This document shows positions 48,201 to 57,693 of a stretch of 64,000 bases of DNA, in pieces. The DNA is from a virus: positions 100,668 to 164,667 of the IMG/VR virus record IMGVR_UViG_3300037333_000013; one strand, 5' to 3'. Position 1 is the stretch's first letter; the number at the start of each line of letters is the position of its first letter. Under the pieces are notes generated by a model, which saw only the letters and a program-made list of their open reading frames with translations, ran no database searches and had not been told where the DNA came from. Position numbers and translations under genes: made by a program.

Positions 48201-51200
48201 CTTTTATTAACCGTGTCGTTTCTGGCGTCTCAGATGCACTCAAGAAGAAAGATAAAGTTGCTGGAGATAATGATGGTGATGGAGACAGAGATGGTGGTTG
48301 GTTAGACAGACTATCTAGTTTTGGGAAGGGTGATAAAGATAAAAAGAGCAAAGATGCTACCCCAGTGACAAAGAATGAGAAGTCAGGTAGCTGGCTCATA
48401 CGACTATTAGGGAGTGCATTCACACTGATACCAAAAACACTTGGTGTTCTAAGTGAAACAGTGATGTCATCTGGTAGAGTATTGAAGACAATGGGTATGG
48501 GGCTAGCGGCACTTGTTGGGTTCTTTACAAAAGGTGGGTTGCTCAAAGCCATAGGTATGGGGTTAAAGAAACCAATCACTTGGTTATCAAAGACACTCGG
48601 AATGACCATCACTTCTAGCACAGGGATACTCGCACAGATACTAGGTGGTATGGTATCTTTACTTGGATTTAAAACACTAGGTGGAAAAATATCTGGTGCA
48701 GGTAGAAGTATAAACAACAAAACAATGAAGCCAGGACTCTTAAAATCTGCTATTAATCTCATTGCTAAGAACAAGGGGAAACTAGCAATAGGTGCATTAC
48801 TGACCTATATGATGTCTGGTACAGATGCAAATGCAGGAGAGTTAGAGCCAACACTGGTCGATGAGATGGTTGAAGCATCATATGCACCAGACACCGAAGT
48901 AGATGATTATGAAGCATCTTTGACTGGTACTCAAGAGCAAGACAGTCTCACTGATGAAGATGTGAGTATGACTGATGTAGCAATGATGGCAGGTGGGGCA
49001 TACGGTGCAAAGAAAGCGTATGATTATGGCTCATCGATTAAAAGAAGAAGCAATGCAAGAAAGCGATTAGAACGTATCAAAGCAACACCACAAAAGACAG
49101 AGACGGCTATCAAGGAGGAGATAGAGAAAGAGTCCAAGAAGATAAAAGATACAGAGATAAAGAAGCAAAAGACTGCACTAAAGGCGGATGTAGTCAAGGT
49201 AGAGAAAGCAGAGAAAGGGATGTGGTCGTGGCTCACGAAACGTATTCCTAAATCGGCTACAAAAGTAATGAAGAGGATACCTGGTGTAGGAACAGCTATC
49301 AACCTTGGCTTGGCTGCGAAGAACATCGCTTCTGGAGACTATGCAAAGGCAGGTTTGAATGTATTGAGTTCTGTGGTATCAATGATTCCTGTGATTGGTC
49401 TTGCTGGCTCATTTGCAGTTGATGCTTACGCTACAACGTTACCTAGTGCATCAGGAACACCAACAGAAGCAGTAGCAAAAGAGAAAGTAGAAAGCACACA
49501 TACTCCAGGAACAAACAGAGCATCTGGAGCCACACAAGTAGCTCCACATATGATGACAAAGATGAACAGCGAATATGGAAAGACAACAAAAGAGCCTGAT
49601 AGAGAGAAAGTAAAAGAAGTTCAAGATGAAAAGATAGGTACATGGAATCCAAATATCTCATTAGACCAAATACGTACAGAGAAACCAACACTACCATCAC
49701 CACAACATATTACAAAAGGTGACAGGTATCTATTAGAGTCTATCTCGCAGTATGAATCTGGTAAGGGCGATAAAGGGTATGATATCATTAACAATGAACA
49801 GGTGCTAGGTGCGAAGGAGAAACTCAAACCTACAAGTATGACATTGACAGAAATTTTCATACTACAAAAGGCACTCGTGAAAAAAGGAAAGAGTGGTGCA
49901 ATAGGAAAGTACCAGTTCATTCCGGTGACATTGAAAGAGGTTTATAAAAAAGCAGGAGTACGTGAGTCAGACTTATTTAATAGTAAAACACAAGATAAAC
50001 TTATTATCAAACGCTTAATGATAACGCGAAAATATAGGGAATGGAAAGAGGGTATCATCTCAGACAGACACTTTGTCTACTTATTATCAAAAGAGTTTGC
50101 ATCTATTGAGAACCCAGGTACTGGAAAGACATACTACACCAAGACAAATAACGTAGCACACAACAGTTATGATAATATGAAACAAGTCTTAAAGAGAGTG
50201 AGAGCATTAGACAAGCTACCTGACTCAGGCATTGTTGATGAAGTGGATGAACAGAAAAATAAGAAAAAAGAAGAAGGTGGAGGTAGTGGAAATGGTCTTA
50301 TATCAAGTGTGAAAGATGCTATTAAAGGGGCGATAGATTTCTTCTTTGGTTCATCAGCAGATAAGAATACGAGAGAGTACTTTGAAAAGACTGAGTTAGA
50401 AGGAGATGCTGAAGAGAGTCGCCCTGGTTCTAAATATAAAGAGAGAGCGAGTGGTGGTACAATCGAAGTATCTTTACCAAAAGAGACTATTGTCGACAAA
50501 GACCTCTGTGGACTCACTATCAAAAAGATGCCACCTATTAAGAAGGCAGTTGAGAAAGCTGGAAACCTGCACTTTAACGGTGACCCAAAATACCTCATTA
50601 TCCACAATACAGCAGGGAGTAATCTCTACTTCGGGAGAATGAAGTCAGATGGTTATGGAACACAACTCTGGATTGATAAAGATGGCACAATATTTCTAGT
50701 TGGAGATATTACATCTGTTGTCTACCACGTAGGCAAGAGACGTCCAGAGTACCACGAAGTAAGCTCTCTCGTATCCATAGGGATAGAGATGGTATGTAAC
50801 CACTCAAAAGAGAAGGGATGGGACCCATACACTGATAAGCAGAAAGAGTCTCTCTTAAAAGTAGGTGCTTGTCTGATGAAGAACTTTAACATTACTCCAG
50901 ATAGAGTGCTATGGCATGCGTTGGTATCGTATAAAACAAAAGATGAGGGTAAAGAGGGTGTGATGCTTTTACGTGGCTCTAATATAGCACCAACAGCACA
51001 CATTGACAAGATGAAGAGCGACAATGTAGGAACACCACCACGACAATCAGTCAGCACACCTAGATTGATGAGTGATAAGCGACCAACAAACCCACAAGTA
51101 GAAAGAGAAGGTGCTGAGAAAGAAACAGTAGTACAAACACTAGTAAAGAAGACAACCGTAGCAAAACAAGAAGCATTAAAAGAAGACAAAGAGAAGATTG

Positions 51201-51418
51201 TAGCAACAAAGAAGCCTATGACGGAAGTGCATACGGGGTCAATGAGCTTAAATATTGGAAAGTTAGAGAAACTAGCCATAGAGAGGAATGAGATACTAAC
51301 ATCGATTGATGCAAACATTAAGACACTAGCAAACAACCAAGGTGCAAAACAAGCAGAAAAAAAGAAAATCAGTTTACCAGAAACACAACCACCAATGAGT
51401 ACATCAAGACGTAGATAG
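45227..51418 (+). CDS. Large tail/tape-measure protein (phiKZ gp181-like) with lysozyme-like and Amidase_2 domains; start revised to 45227
   Basis: HNTALPD, FDNRT...I..VLPEYLS and DGDGDRDGGW motifs; ES..GY...SGAIGKYQF (about 49730-50210); IIHNTAG...YHVG..SIGIEM...VLWH (about 50585-50960). Confidence 0.85.
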   Translation: MADDFDFPDDFDIDDDGSGDLGDGREPVNSTAGNIKTTFISKITGEGNTIKDKAMNNALDAIDRGIPALAGDERGGEIKDAISDVRSEIDNAKDEMVKGTEPLLKTIKEIAPNDGIISKITDKFASLIGADIEKKRGSSGPNEDKLIADSISGTMGDFTDRLEESNTKLAALTASITDENLKKINETIINGNVTQLQAISMNNKFYRESLRLGFKQLYELKSINKNQAEIAKDMVKKLDAVIHNTALPDGLKMQTTEAIAMQMKMSAGESLYNNIFSGNNWVDDVKRNTKRKLSNITSAVLDGIGMGQMGADAIVDINDMNDPEMLAMMSPAERAVATKEGMATTMATERVRGGLLGMAANKLSKTKLGKKVRYHSDKFFSNPYDTLKHKANTSDSDFASGTYNFLASLFKTETGNYDTKAYEDKKNLSGLATFDNRTYETINKVLPEYLSLQLLELKKLNGDKNAKQQKYYYLESKMMTNDDALSNLKTDLTDKYKEDNVNVKFRSVVNGLEALSGEKLTTDEKRKFVESMAKYDGKISIDHIDTQINKEDGLFSDLSAEEKKKFSTIIKKAGETEFETTDENGKKVKAIDSERRYEADSLLSAFNASKLESTKKITSLIEDGFADNLIGSGIVTYDKRTRVYSIDWDNYKKFNVDAMLDAYDDTEVVITNEDRERANISNESRVVKDQFEEKLSKYYKSTKDFVKDKKLDVYFKDKIGIVKGEVSSLVSKLDKNLSQYEKYNIAVGYIEKKYDVAKKEYQRLEGELRATKDDVEAKGIKAKLEILKTTITDIAKEKTHYESLKQKAEVAKEYIKENDVYTFEKDVINTSKTLYEKGGELAKDKELDLLFEDIKKLGKFSKDKGQAVYKSLKGKVEDTEAYQTVESFYTTKIKVLVDEEEKLQKLIDSIPDSKRKKKYLKKLNELRKSTEKLVKERNKKLKSFTFKDAKERIASGVDAMKDLKYSDIKNGTADLTGKVGSKYQEEKKKEGSFINRVVSGVSDALKKKDKVAGDNDGDGDRDGGWLDRLSSFGKGDKDKKSKDATPVTKNEKSGSWLIRLLGSAFTLIPKTLGVLSETVMSSGRVLKTMGMGLAALVGFFTKGGLLKAIGMGLKKPITWLSKTLGMTITSSTGILAQILGGMVSLLGFKTLGGKISGAGRSINNKTMKPGLLKSAINLIAKNKGKLAIGALLTYMMSGTDANAGELEPTLVDEMVEASYAPDTEVDDYEASLTGTQEQDSLTDEDVSMTDVAMMAGGAYGAKKAYDYGSSIKRRSNARKRLERIKATPQKTETAIKEEIEKESKKIKDTEIKKQKTALKADVVKVEKAEKGMWSWLTKRIPKSATKVMKRIPGVGTAINLGLAAKNIASGDYAKAGLNVLSSVVSMIPVIGLAGSFAVDAYATTLPSASGTPTEAVAKEKVESTHTPGTNRASGATQVAPHMMTKMNSEYGKTTKEPDREKVKEVQDEKIGTWNPNISLDQIRTEKPTLPSPQHITKGDRYLLESISQYESGKGDKGYDIINNEQVLGAKEKLKPTSMTLTEIFILQKALVKKGKSGAIGKYQFIPVTLKEVYKKAGVRESDLFNSKTQDKLIIKRLMITRKYREWKEGIISDRHFVYLLSKEFASIENPGTGKTYYTKTNNVAHNSYDNMKQVLKRVRALDKLPDSGIVDEVDEQKNKKKEEGGGSGNGLISSVKDAIKGAIDFFFGSSADKNTREYFEKTELEGDAEESRPGSKYKERASGGTIEVSLPKETIVDKDLCGLTIKKMPPIKKAVEKAGNLHFNGDPKYLIIHNTAGSNLYFGRMKSDGYGTQLWIDKDGTIFLVGDITSVVYHVGKRRPEYHEVSSLVSIGIEMVCNHSKEKGWDPYTDKQKESLLKVGACLMKNFNITPDRVLWHALVSYKTKDEGKEGVMLLRGSNIAPTAHIDKMKSDNVGTPPRQSVSTPRLMSDKRPTNPQVEREGAEKETVVQTLVKKTTVAKQEALKEDKEKIVATKKPMTEVHTGSMSLNIGKLEKLAIERNEILTSIDANIKTLANNQGAKQAEKKKISLPETQPPMSTSRRR

Positions 51419-51440
51419 TGTGCATATGCACACTATCTAC
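51411..51440. terminator. 30-bp perfect palindrome at a convergent junction
   Basis: GTAGATAGTGTGCAT|ATGCACACTATCTAC. Confidence 0.65.
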
Positions 51441-51706
51441 TATTTGACATACGTCTCATACTCTGGTGCTACCTCTTTCAATAGCGACTTCTTCACTTTG
51501 AAGAAATCTTTTCTTCTTCCATCAGACTCTCTAAAAACAGCTAGCTCATCTTCTGAGTATGCTACCCCAATAACATAGAAGATAACGTTGTCTATAAGAC
51601 AGCAGATAAGCGTGTCTGCATCTTTCTCAAATGTTGGGTTCTTTACCATCTCACCGTTTTCAGTACACCAATTTGCTTTATCATTTACTTCTACATATAG
51701 TCCCAT
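51440..51706 (-). CDS. Small hypothetical protein
   Basis: AAGGA SD; CLIDN...GVAY...EL..F...DGR pattern. Confidence 0.75.
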   Translation of the reverse strand: MGLYVEVNDKANWCTENGEMVKNPTFEKDADTLICCLIDNVIFYVIGVAYSEDELAVFRESDGRRKDFFKVKKSLLKEVAPEYETYVK

Positions 51707-51708
51707 AT

Positions 51709-53427
51709 CTAATCCTTTAAAATTCCATCATCTGATGTTGCTAATGAACTGACATATTCAGTCGCCGCGTCGTTGTCTTTGATTACATTGTTTAGTGCCA
51801 CGTCTATTAAGTGGCAATTAATCTTCTCTTGTTCTGTTAATAGCACCTCACCATTTTTGCCGAACATTGCATTTGGGTTGAGTCTGAGTAGTGGAGATGG
51901 TGCTGTCTTATTCAGCCCAAACATACTCCCTACATACACATGACCACCTCTGAGTTTCTTAATGCTTGGTGGGAAAACATTACTGCTGTTCTTCGATGGT
52001 GCTTTAACACCTGTCCCTCTCTCTTGTACGTCCATCATACAGGTAACTTTGAAGTACCTATTCGCACTTGTTGATGTGACCAATAAGCTAGAGAGAATCT
52101 TTGAACTACTCTGTACAATCTTTAAGATAGACATAGGTTTAATCTTCTCACCATTGACAATCTTGTTAGCCGACTCCCAACTGATTGAGTTTGCTTTGAC
52201 TTGCTTGGTAATGTCAGCGAACGCTTTGTTAAAACCCTCTATCATATGATACATCACATAGTAGTTCACTTCTAAGTGCTTCTCACTGATGTCAAATCGA
52301 TTGCTGAGAGATTGCCTCTTTAACTTCTTAAATACTTTACCAGATGTATATATAAAGTCCCAGAAATCCTTGATGTTGTATCCTGCTGACTTTGCTTGGT
52401 CTGATGAGATACTATCAACATACCTACCCATGGCTTCTTCAAACTCACGCATAGCAGGTACATAGCCTGTACTCGATAAATCATCTCTAAACTCAATCTT
52501 CCCAACCAAGAACTTCCAATACTCAATGTCATCTTCCAAACATCGTATCTCTTCGAATGCATTAGCGATGTCTGGAAAGATGTCAAATGCATAGATGACA
52601 GACGTGGCTAGTATCCGTATGAAGTCATTGGAATTACTATCTATAATGACAGCTTTGTCGTGCGTCTCATACTTGATGTCCTTTAGTCGTTTAATCTTTG
52701 AATGTGCTGTTGTAAATATAAGATGTTTTCCATCATTGTACTTTGCGATTTCCTCCTTATCTCTCGTAATAATAAAGGTCTTGTTCTTGATATACTTCTT
52801 CAATACGCCACTGAGTCCGTACTTAGCAAGTGTATATAGTAAGAACGGTACGTTGGGTGTACCAAATGCAGGGTTGCTAATTTTACGTAGTTGGTAGAAC
52901 TTGTCAGCGTATAGGATAATCTCCGTGCTAGCTACACCATTGACATTCAACAACCACTCAAAGTCTCTCACATTCAATTTCGTATTGAATGGCTTAAAGA
53001 AGAGTGCTCCACCGAAGAAGGCTATAATCTTATCGGAGAGTACTGGCATATTGTACCACTCGGTATCTGAGATATGGTATGTCCCTTCATTGTTGAGTGC
53101 TAAGACATAGAGTGGTTTATATATAGGTCTGTCATCATAAGCGAACTCAAAGATGACTTTCCTAATAGATGTTTTGCTAATATCTAACTTGACCTTTCCT
53201 TGTTTTGGTTTTCCGTCTCCTTGTGTTAGGAGTGAGTCAAACTCTTCAAAAGGCGTCATATATCGATAACCAACATAACGAAACTTCTCAATGTTTCTCG
53301 TAGATGTTTGTAAAATACCACCTAAGTACTCAGCACTATCCTTGAGGTCTATTGATGCCCTACCTAATTTTACTTCTTGTGAGAACTCAGTGTCACTAAA
53401 TGCGAGTTCTTCAAACAGTTCATTCAT
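51709..53427 (-). CDS. Virion RNA polymerase beta N-terminal fragment (phiKZ gp149-like)
   Basis: RYVGYRYMTPFEE, YHISD.....PVLSD, YTLAKYG and RLNP motifs. Confidence 0.75.
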   Translation of the reverse strand: MNELFEELAFSDTEFSQEVKLGRASIDLKDSAEYLGGILQTSTRNIEKFRYVGYRYMTPFEEFDSLLTQGDGKPKQGKVKLDISKTSIRKVIFEFAYDDRPIYKPLYVLALNNEGTYHISDTEWYNMPVLSDKIIAFFGGALFFKPFNTKLNVRDFEWLLNVNGVASTEIILYADKFYQLRKISNPAFGTPNVPFLLYTLAKYGLSGVLKKYIKNKTFIITRDKEEIAKYNDGKHLIFTTAHSKIKRLKDIKYETHDKAVIIDSNSNDFIRILATSVIYAFDIFPDIANAFEEIRCLEDDIEYWKFLVGKIEFRDDLSSTGYVPAMREFEEAMGRYVDSISSDQAKSAGYNIKDFWDFIYTSGKVFKKLKRQSLSNRFDISEKHLEVNYYVMYHMIEGFNKAFADITKQVKANSISWESANKIVNGEKIKPMSILKIVQSSSKILSSLLVTSTSANRYFKVTCMMDVQERGTGVKAPSKNSSNVFPPSIKKLRGGHVYVGSMFGLNKTAPSPLLRLNPNAMFGKNGEVLLTEQEKINCHLIDVALNNVIKDNDAATEYVSSLATSDDGILKD

Positions 53428-53475
53428 TGTTTCTCCTTATTACTTTTATTACAGTTAATATATCGTGTCTGACTT

Positions 53476-55092
53476 TTATATCAAGACACGTGCGATATCT
53501 CCAAGTACCTCTTTCCCATGTGCATAAGCTTCTCTGTCTGCTCTGATGTTGTTGAGTTCATTTTCAGCAGTGGCTTTCTCATATTTTAGTTTCTCTACAG
53601 CTAATGTATTCTTATCGCTTGCACTGATGAGCTTCAATACGTTTGTGATAGTACTAATCTTTGCGTTGAGTTGTGCCTTGTAGAGTGAGAGTTTAAGTGT
53701 TAACTCTTTATTCTTTAACTCTTTTTCGCGTATCTCTAGTTCTCTATTCTGATGTGATGCGTGATTACTGCCACCATTGACACACTTCTGTGGACTATCG
53801 TAAATCCCATACTTTTCAAACTCATCCTCTGTGATACGCATTTTTGTCTTATATCTATTTGAGATAGTGATTGTAGCAGTGGTAAAGTCTGCATAGACAG
53901 TATCTACTTTATGTAGCGTGTTACAGATGTTTATATAGTAGTCTTTCTTCTCCTTTGTAAAGACAGTGACATTCAAGTTCTTACCACTTGTGATGACGTG
54001 ATAGACACTATCTTGTACGTAGAGTGTGTCATCAGAGAGTTTCCCTACTTGGTATGTATCAGACCAATAGAGATTACCATCTTCTATATCACGCTTCTTA
54101 ATAAACTCTACCTCTACAATCACCTCTTCTGTGTCTACAACAGAGTAGATATGAGATAACTCTTCTACTGCGTGGTCAATGAGTTTATCTAGAATTCTAC
54201 CCTCTACGAGTCTATGCTCCTCATAATCTTCAGTTCCTGGTATCTGTACAACATAGAACCCATCTCTTGGAATGACGTGTTCCTCTATGACATCACAAAT
54301 CTTAATGATAATATTCTTGAGCTTCTTCATTCGTTCTATCGCTGCTGTACCTCTAGAGTAGATATCGTTATGGTCTAGCTCCTTTGCAATAGAACGTATC
54401 TTATCTAAGTCTAAGTTATAGTCTTGTAAGAGCTTTCGGATACTCATCTCCCTTACTCTATATAACCCATCTAAGTACGAGGGTCTCTCAATACCCTCAT
54501 CAACATTAGAGTTGTATGGTCTATATTCACAAGACTCCCCTCTAGCCATTAATATCTTAGTCACTAACATATTATCAGTGTGTAGCTCCCCTTGCCTCTT
54601 GAACGTATTAAACTCCAGTTCTTTAATCAGGAGTCTCGTTCCATTCTTGTAGATTTCTCTATCAATATCCCCAATTGAGAAGATATCATCAATCATCGTC
54701 TTCTGGTATCCAATAGAGTGTGCAACCACATTCTCAGCACCTGCTTTAAATCTATGTGTAAGAGAAGCAACGAGTGACTTTCCAGTAATGAGTGTAAAGT
54801 ATCTCTTTGTCTTTGGACATGATGCATCTTGACTCTGTACAGTAGCAATATCTCTAAAAGATAAGTTCACAAAGTCAGCAGTAATCTCATCAATGCTTCT
54901 TCCTTTTAATTCTTGTTCTTGATAATATCTATCTACACTCTCACTTACTCGGTTGTATAACTCCTCTGCTCTCTTATCATCTTCCTCTTGTTCTATCTCT
55001 TGATAGTCTCTTAGTTCATCTTTTAATACTGTTACACCATCTACTGTGGTGAAATCCTCTTTTCTATACTCTCTTCCGTTTACTCTTACCAT
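53476..55092 (-). CDS. Hypothetical protein with a C-terminal coiled coil
   Basis: 538-aa ORF; AAAAGGA SD; heptad-like C-terminus. Confidence 0.8.
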   Translation of the reverse strand: MVRVNGREYRKEDFTTVDGVTVLKDELRDYQEIEQEEDDKRAEELYNRVSESVDRYYQEQELKGRSIDEITADFVNLSFRDIATVQSQDASCPKTKRYFTLITGKSLVASLTHRFKAGAENVVAHSIGYQKTMIDDIFSIGDIDREIYKNGTRLLIKELEFNTFKRQGELHTDNMLVTKILMARGESCEYRPYNSNVDEGIERPSYLDGLYRVREMSIRKLLQDYNLDLDKIRSIAKELDHNDIYSRGTAAIERMKKLKNIIIKICDVIEEHVIPRDGFYVVQIPGTEDYEEHRLVEGRILDKLIDHAVEELSHIYSVVDTEEVIVEVEFIKKRDIEDGNLYWSDTYQVGKLSDDTLYVQDSVYHVITSGKNLNVTVFTKEKKDYYINICNTLHKVDTVYADFTTATITISNRYKTKMRITEDEFEKYGIYDSPQKCVNGGSNHASHQNRELEIREKELKNKELTLKLSLYKAQLNAKISTITNVLKLISASDKNTLAVEKLKYEKATAENELNNIRADREAYAHGKEVLGDIARVLI

Positions 55093-55137
55093 TTGAAATC
55101 CTTTTTTTCATTTCTTATTTATGCGTACAAAAAGTAC

Positions 55138-55163
55138 TGAGGTGGACTTATAAGTCCACCTCA
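55138..55163. terminator. 26-bp perfect palindrome overlapping the stop
   Basis: TGAGGTGGACTTA|TAAGTCCACCTCA. Confidence 0.65.
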
Positions 55164-55504
55164 TACTCTACCTCTGTCTCTTTATCTTGTTTGTCTGTAA
55201 TAGTCACTTTAATCGTGAGTTTCTTTGCTTGTAGCAATGTCACGATATGATGAATGAATGACTTGAATGTCATGTCAGTCGATAAAGCACTCTGTTTCAA
55301 AGCACTGGGACTGAACGTCTTGACATCTTTGCTATTCATCTTTTTGAGAATAGCAAGTTTACTTACTTCCATAGCAATGAGTAACTCTAACTTTCCCTCT
55401 GTATCTACGCCAGCCTTATTGAGGAGAAGTCTCCACATATTCGCTAGCACACCATTATACGAAGTCCTGCCCTCTGGCAAGATTCTTTTGTCTTCCTGTA
55501 CCAT
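55148..55504 (-). CDS. Conserved phiKZ-like hypothetical protein (gp171-like)
   Basis: GVLANMWR and DMTFKSF motifs; early motif at 55530-55539. Confidence 0.55.
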   Translation of the reverse strand: MVQEDKRILPEGRTSYNGVLANMWRLLLNKAGVDTEGKLELLIAMEVSKLAILKKMNSKDVKTFSPSALKQSALSTDMTFKSFIHHIVTLLQAKKLTIKVTITDKQDKETEVEYEVDL

Positions 55505-55546
55505 ATTTTCTCCTTATAGTATCTACTCTAATAATATATAGATATA

Positions 55547-55924
55547 TTAAAGTACTCCGATTGTCTCTAGTACCTCTTTGGTATGTTTTCTTATCATCAT
55601 ATGCATTCTCCTTTCTATGGTGACCCTTCCTTTAAACCGCTCTTCATAGTCATCTTCTAAGTAGAGTCTTTTTAATCTATTTATTTTATCCAATACATTT
55701 GGTATGAGTTTACCCCCTGTGGAGAGGTAGGTCGAGAGGGTGAGATGATTGATTCCATTCTGTACCTTGTTTTTATTCTCGTAGTATTCTATCTCATCAG
55801 TGACTGTACTGAAGAATGTGGTTATCTCTTCGAATAGCTTGTCATCAATCTCTATCTTATTCCCTCTACGAAACCAGTTCATAAAGTTAAACACTGTCTC
55901 TCCTTTTATATCTTTCATTAACAT
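55547..55924 (-). CDS. Hypothetical protein
   Basis: ORF present; true start may be the internal GTG after AAGGAG. Confidence 0.65.
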   Translation of the reverse strand: MLMKDIKGETVFNFMNWFRRGNKIEIDDKLFEEITTFFSTVTDEIEYYENKNKVQNGINHLTLSTYLSTGGKLIPNVLDKINRLKRLYLEDDYEERFKGRVTIERRMHMMIRKHTKEVLETIGVL

Positions 55925-55976
55925 TAAAAAAGGCTGATAAATCTTTTAGTGAAATGACCAATGAAAGGATAGATAA

Positions 55977-56387
55977 ATGGAAAACAAAGTAGAAGAACAA
56001 GAAATCATTGACACTATGTCAGATGAGGAACTCAACCGTAGGTTAGCTGTAAACTTGAGTAGAAAAGCAAGGATAGGCGATGCACTCTGTAAAGGTGGTG
56101 TGCCAACAGACCCAAAAGAGATAAGACTTTACTTGGATGTAACGAGGGATGAAGAAGCCACGATGTTAGAGATGAAGAAACAACGTGCAGAAGAATCCAG
56201 AAATGAGTCTGACGACGAGTACAAAGCGACTATCCTAGAGGTACTTCGAGAGACAAAGAGGAAACGAAAAGATGTAGAAGTAATTGAGAAGATACCAGAT
56301 GAGATAGCCAGTAAGATAAAGTACCTGGAGACTGAACTGAACCAAGAGAAAGAGACATTAGATTTAGCAGACTTTGTAGAGGATTAG
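55977..56387 (+). CDS. Hypothetical charged helical protein
   Basis: AAGGA SD; first gene of a rightward operon. Confidence 0.75.
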   Translation: MENKVEEQEIIDTMSDEELNRRLAVNLSRKARIGDALCKGGVPTDPKEIRLYLDVTRDEEATMLEMKKQRAEESRNESDDEYKATILEVLRETKRKRKDVEVIEKIPDEIASKIKYLETELNQEKETLDLADFVED

Positions 56388-56390
56388 GAT

Positions 56391-57161
56391 ATGGTAACAC
56401 GAACAATACATAGTATGGCACTACAAGGAGCATCTTTTATAAAAGATGCTACATACTCACCAATGCCATACACAACACTCAATGAGAAGTATGATATAGA
56501 ATACACATACGATACAGAAGAACTTCCGCAACTAGGTTGGTATGGTCTAGGGATAGACTTTAGTCCTCTCATTGATGACGATGAAGCAGACTTGAAAGAT
56601 TACGTTCATAGTGTAGCAGACTTTGATACATTCTTACCACTCCCATTTATTGTAAGAGATAAATCGGTTGGATTAACGCAGGATGAGAAAGACCGATATG
56701 GAATTTTTGTAGAGAAGACAATCGATGATACAGATTACATACTATGCTATTTAAGAAAGATAGATGCATTAGAGTCAACAGTGAAGATATCAGAAGTAGA
56801 AAGGGATGAAGATGGTAGGTACAATACTGTTGAACACGTACAAGAGAACCCTCCCACACCAAAACTGAGTGGCGATGAATCAAACAGAGGAATGATTACT
56901 TCAACAAATGCAGTGGTTGAACTCTCAGAGTATGATGTAGGAAAGCTCTTAGAAGCATCAGACTTACTCTACCCAGAAATAGATGAAGATGTTAGACACA
57001 GTGTACGTGAAATTGCACTCTACTCTGGTATACGTGTACCTGATGATATTGTGGTTGCACAGGCACTATTCTTTAAGTATATTGAACTCAACACCGAGAA
57101 TGAAGAAGCATACTCCACGAGGGTGAGTATCGGTTCACTAACACCAAAGGTAAAACTATGA
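56391..57161 (+). CDS. Virion structural protein (phiKZ gp139-like)
   Basis: TRTI.S..LQ, TTLNEKY.I, LPFIVR, CYLRKI and EIALYSG motifs. Confidence 0.65.
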   Translation: MVTRTIHSMALQGASFIKDATYSPMPYTTLNEKYDIEYTYDTEELPQLGWYGLGIDFSPLIDDDEADLKDYVHSVADFDTFLPLPFIVRDKSVGLTQDEKDRYGIFVEKTIDDTDYILCYLRKIDALESTVKISEVERDEDGRYNTVEHVQENPPTPKLSGDESNRGMITSTNAVVELSEYDVGKLLEASDLLYPEIDEDVRHSVREIALYSGIRVPDDIVVAQALFFKYIELNTENEEAYSTRVSIGSLTPKVKL

Positions 57162-57691
57162 CGATTATGGGAATAGACCCAGGGACGACAACAGTTGGTG
57201 TCTCTATTTTTATCTTAAACGATAACTTAGAGATTGTTGATAGATACTCTGAGTTATTGGATATGAAACGTGTAGGATATGTAAATAGGCTAAATAACAA
57301 AACAGACTATAAACTTGAACGTATCGAACGTAGGGTATCTGAACTCATTCATATCTATAAACCATTCGCTATGGTGGTAGAAATGCCATTTATGAACAAT
57401 AGTAGACCACAAGCAGTTATACCACTCGCACGCTCACTACAAGCTATTATTGGTGCAATGGTGCGTGCTTCTCCGAATACGCCAGTACTGAGACCTAGTC
57501 CAAGTAATATTAAAAATGCAGTGGGTGTTTCTGGAGGGAGTAAGAACAAAGGGGATATGACAGTCGCTACGGTAAAGTTAGGTATTGCTAATGGTGATGA
57601 GTCTGAACACGAGATTGATGCTATTGCTGCTAATTGGTATCTACTATCAATCGTACGACACAATTATATGTTACCATACTTAATGGACTAG
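57158..57691 (+). CDS. ruvC: RuvC-like Holliday junction resolvase
   Basis: MGIDPGTTTVG, VVEMPF, PSNIKNAVG, K.DM and EHEIDAIA. Confidence 0.9.
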   Translation: MTIMGIDPGTTTVGVSIFILNDNLEIVDRYSELLDMKRVGYVNRLNNKTDYKLERIERRVSELIHIYKPFAMVVEMPFMNNSRPQAVIPLARSLQAIIGAMVRASPNTPVLRPSPSNIKNAVGVSGGSKNKGDMTVATVKLGIANGDESEHEIDAIAANWYLLSIVRHNYMLPYLMD

Positions 57692-57693
57692 AT

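Noticed and set aside
45163-51336. Several long minus-strand ORFs (224, 294 and 204 aa)
   Set aside because: Antisense shadows of the Lys/Glu-rich gp181-like gene
57158-57691. RuvC as TnpB/Cas12-like nuclease
   Set aside because: Only 177 aa, no zinc finger or guide-RNA space, and coupled within a structural operon; fits a Holliday junction resolvase
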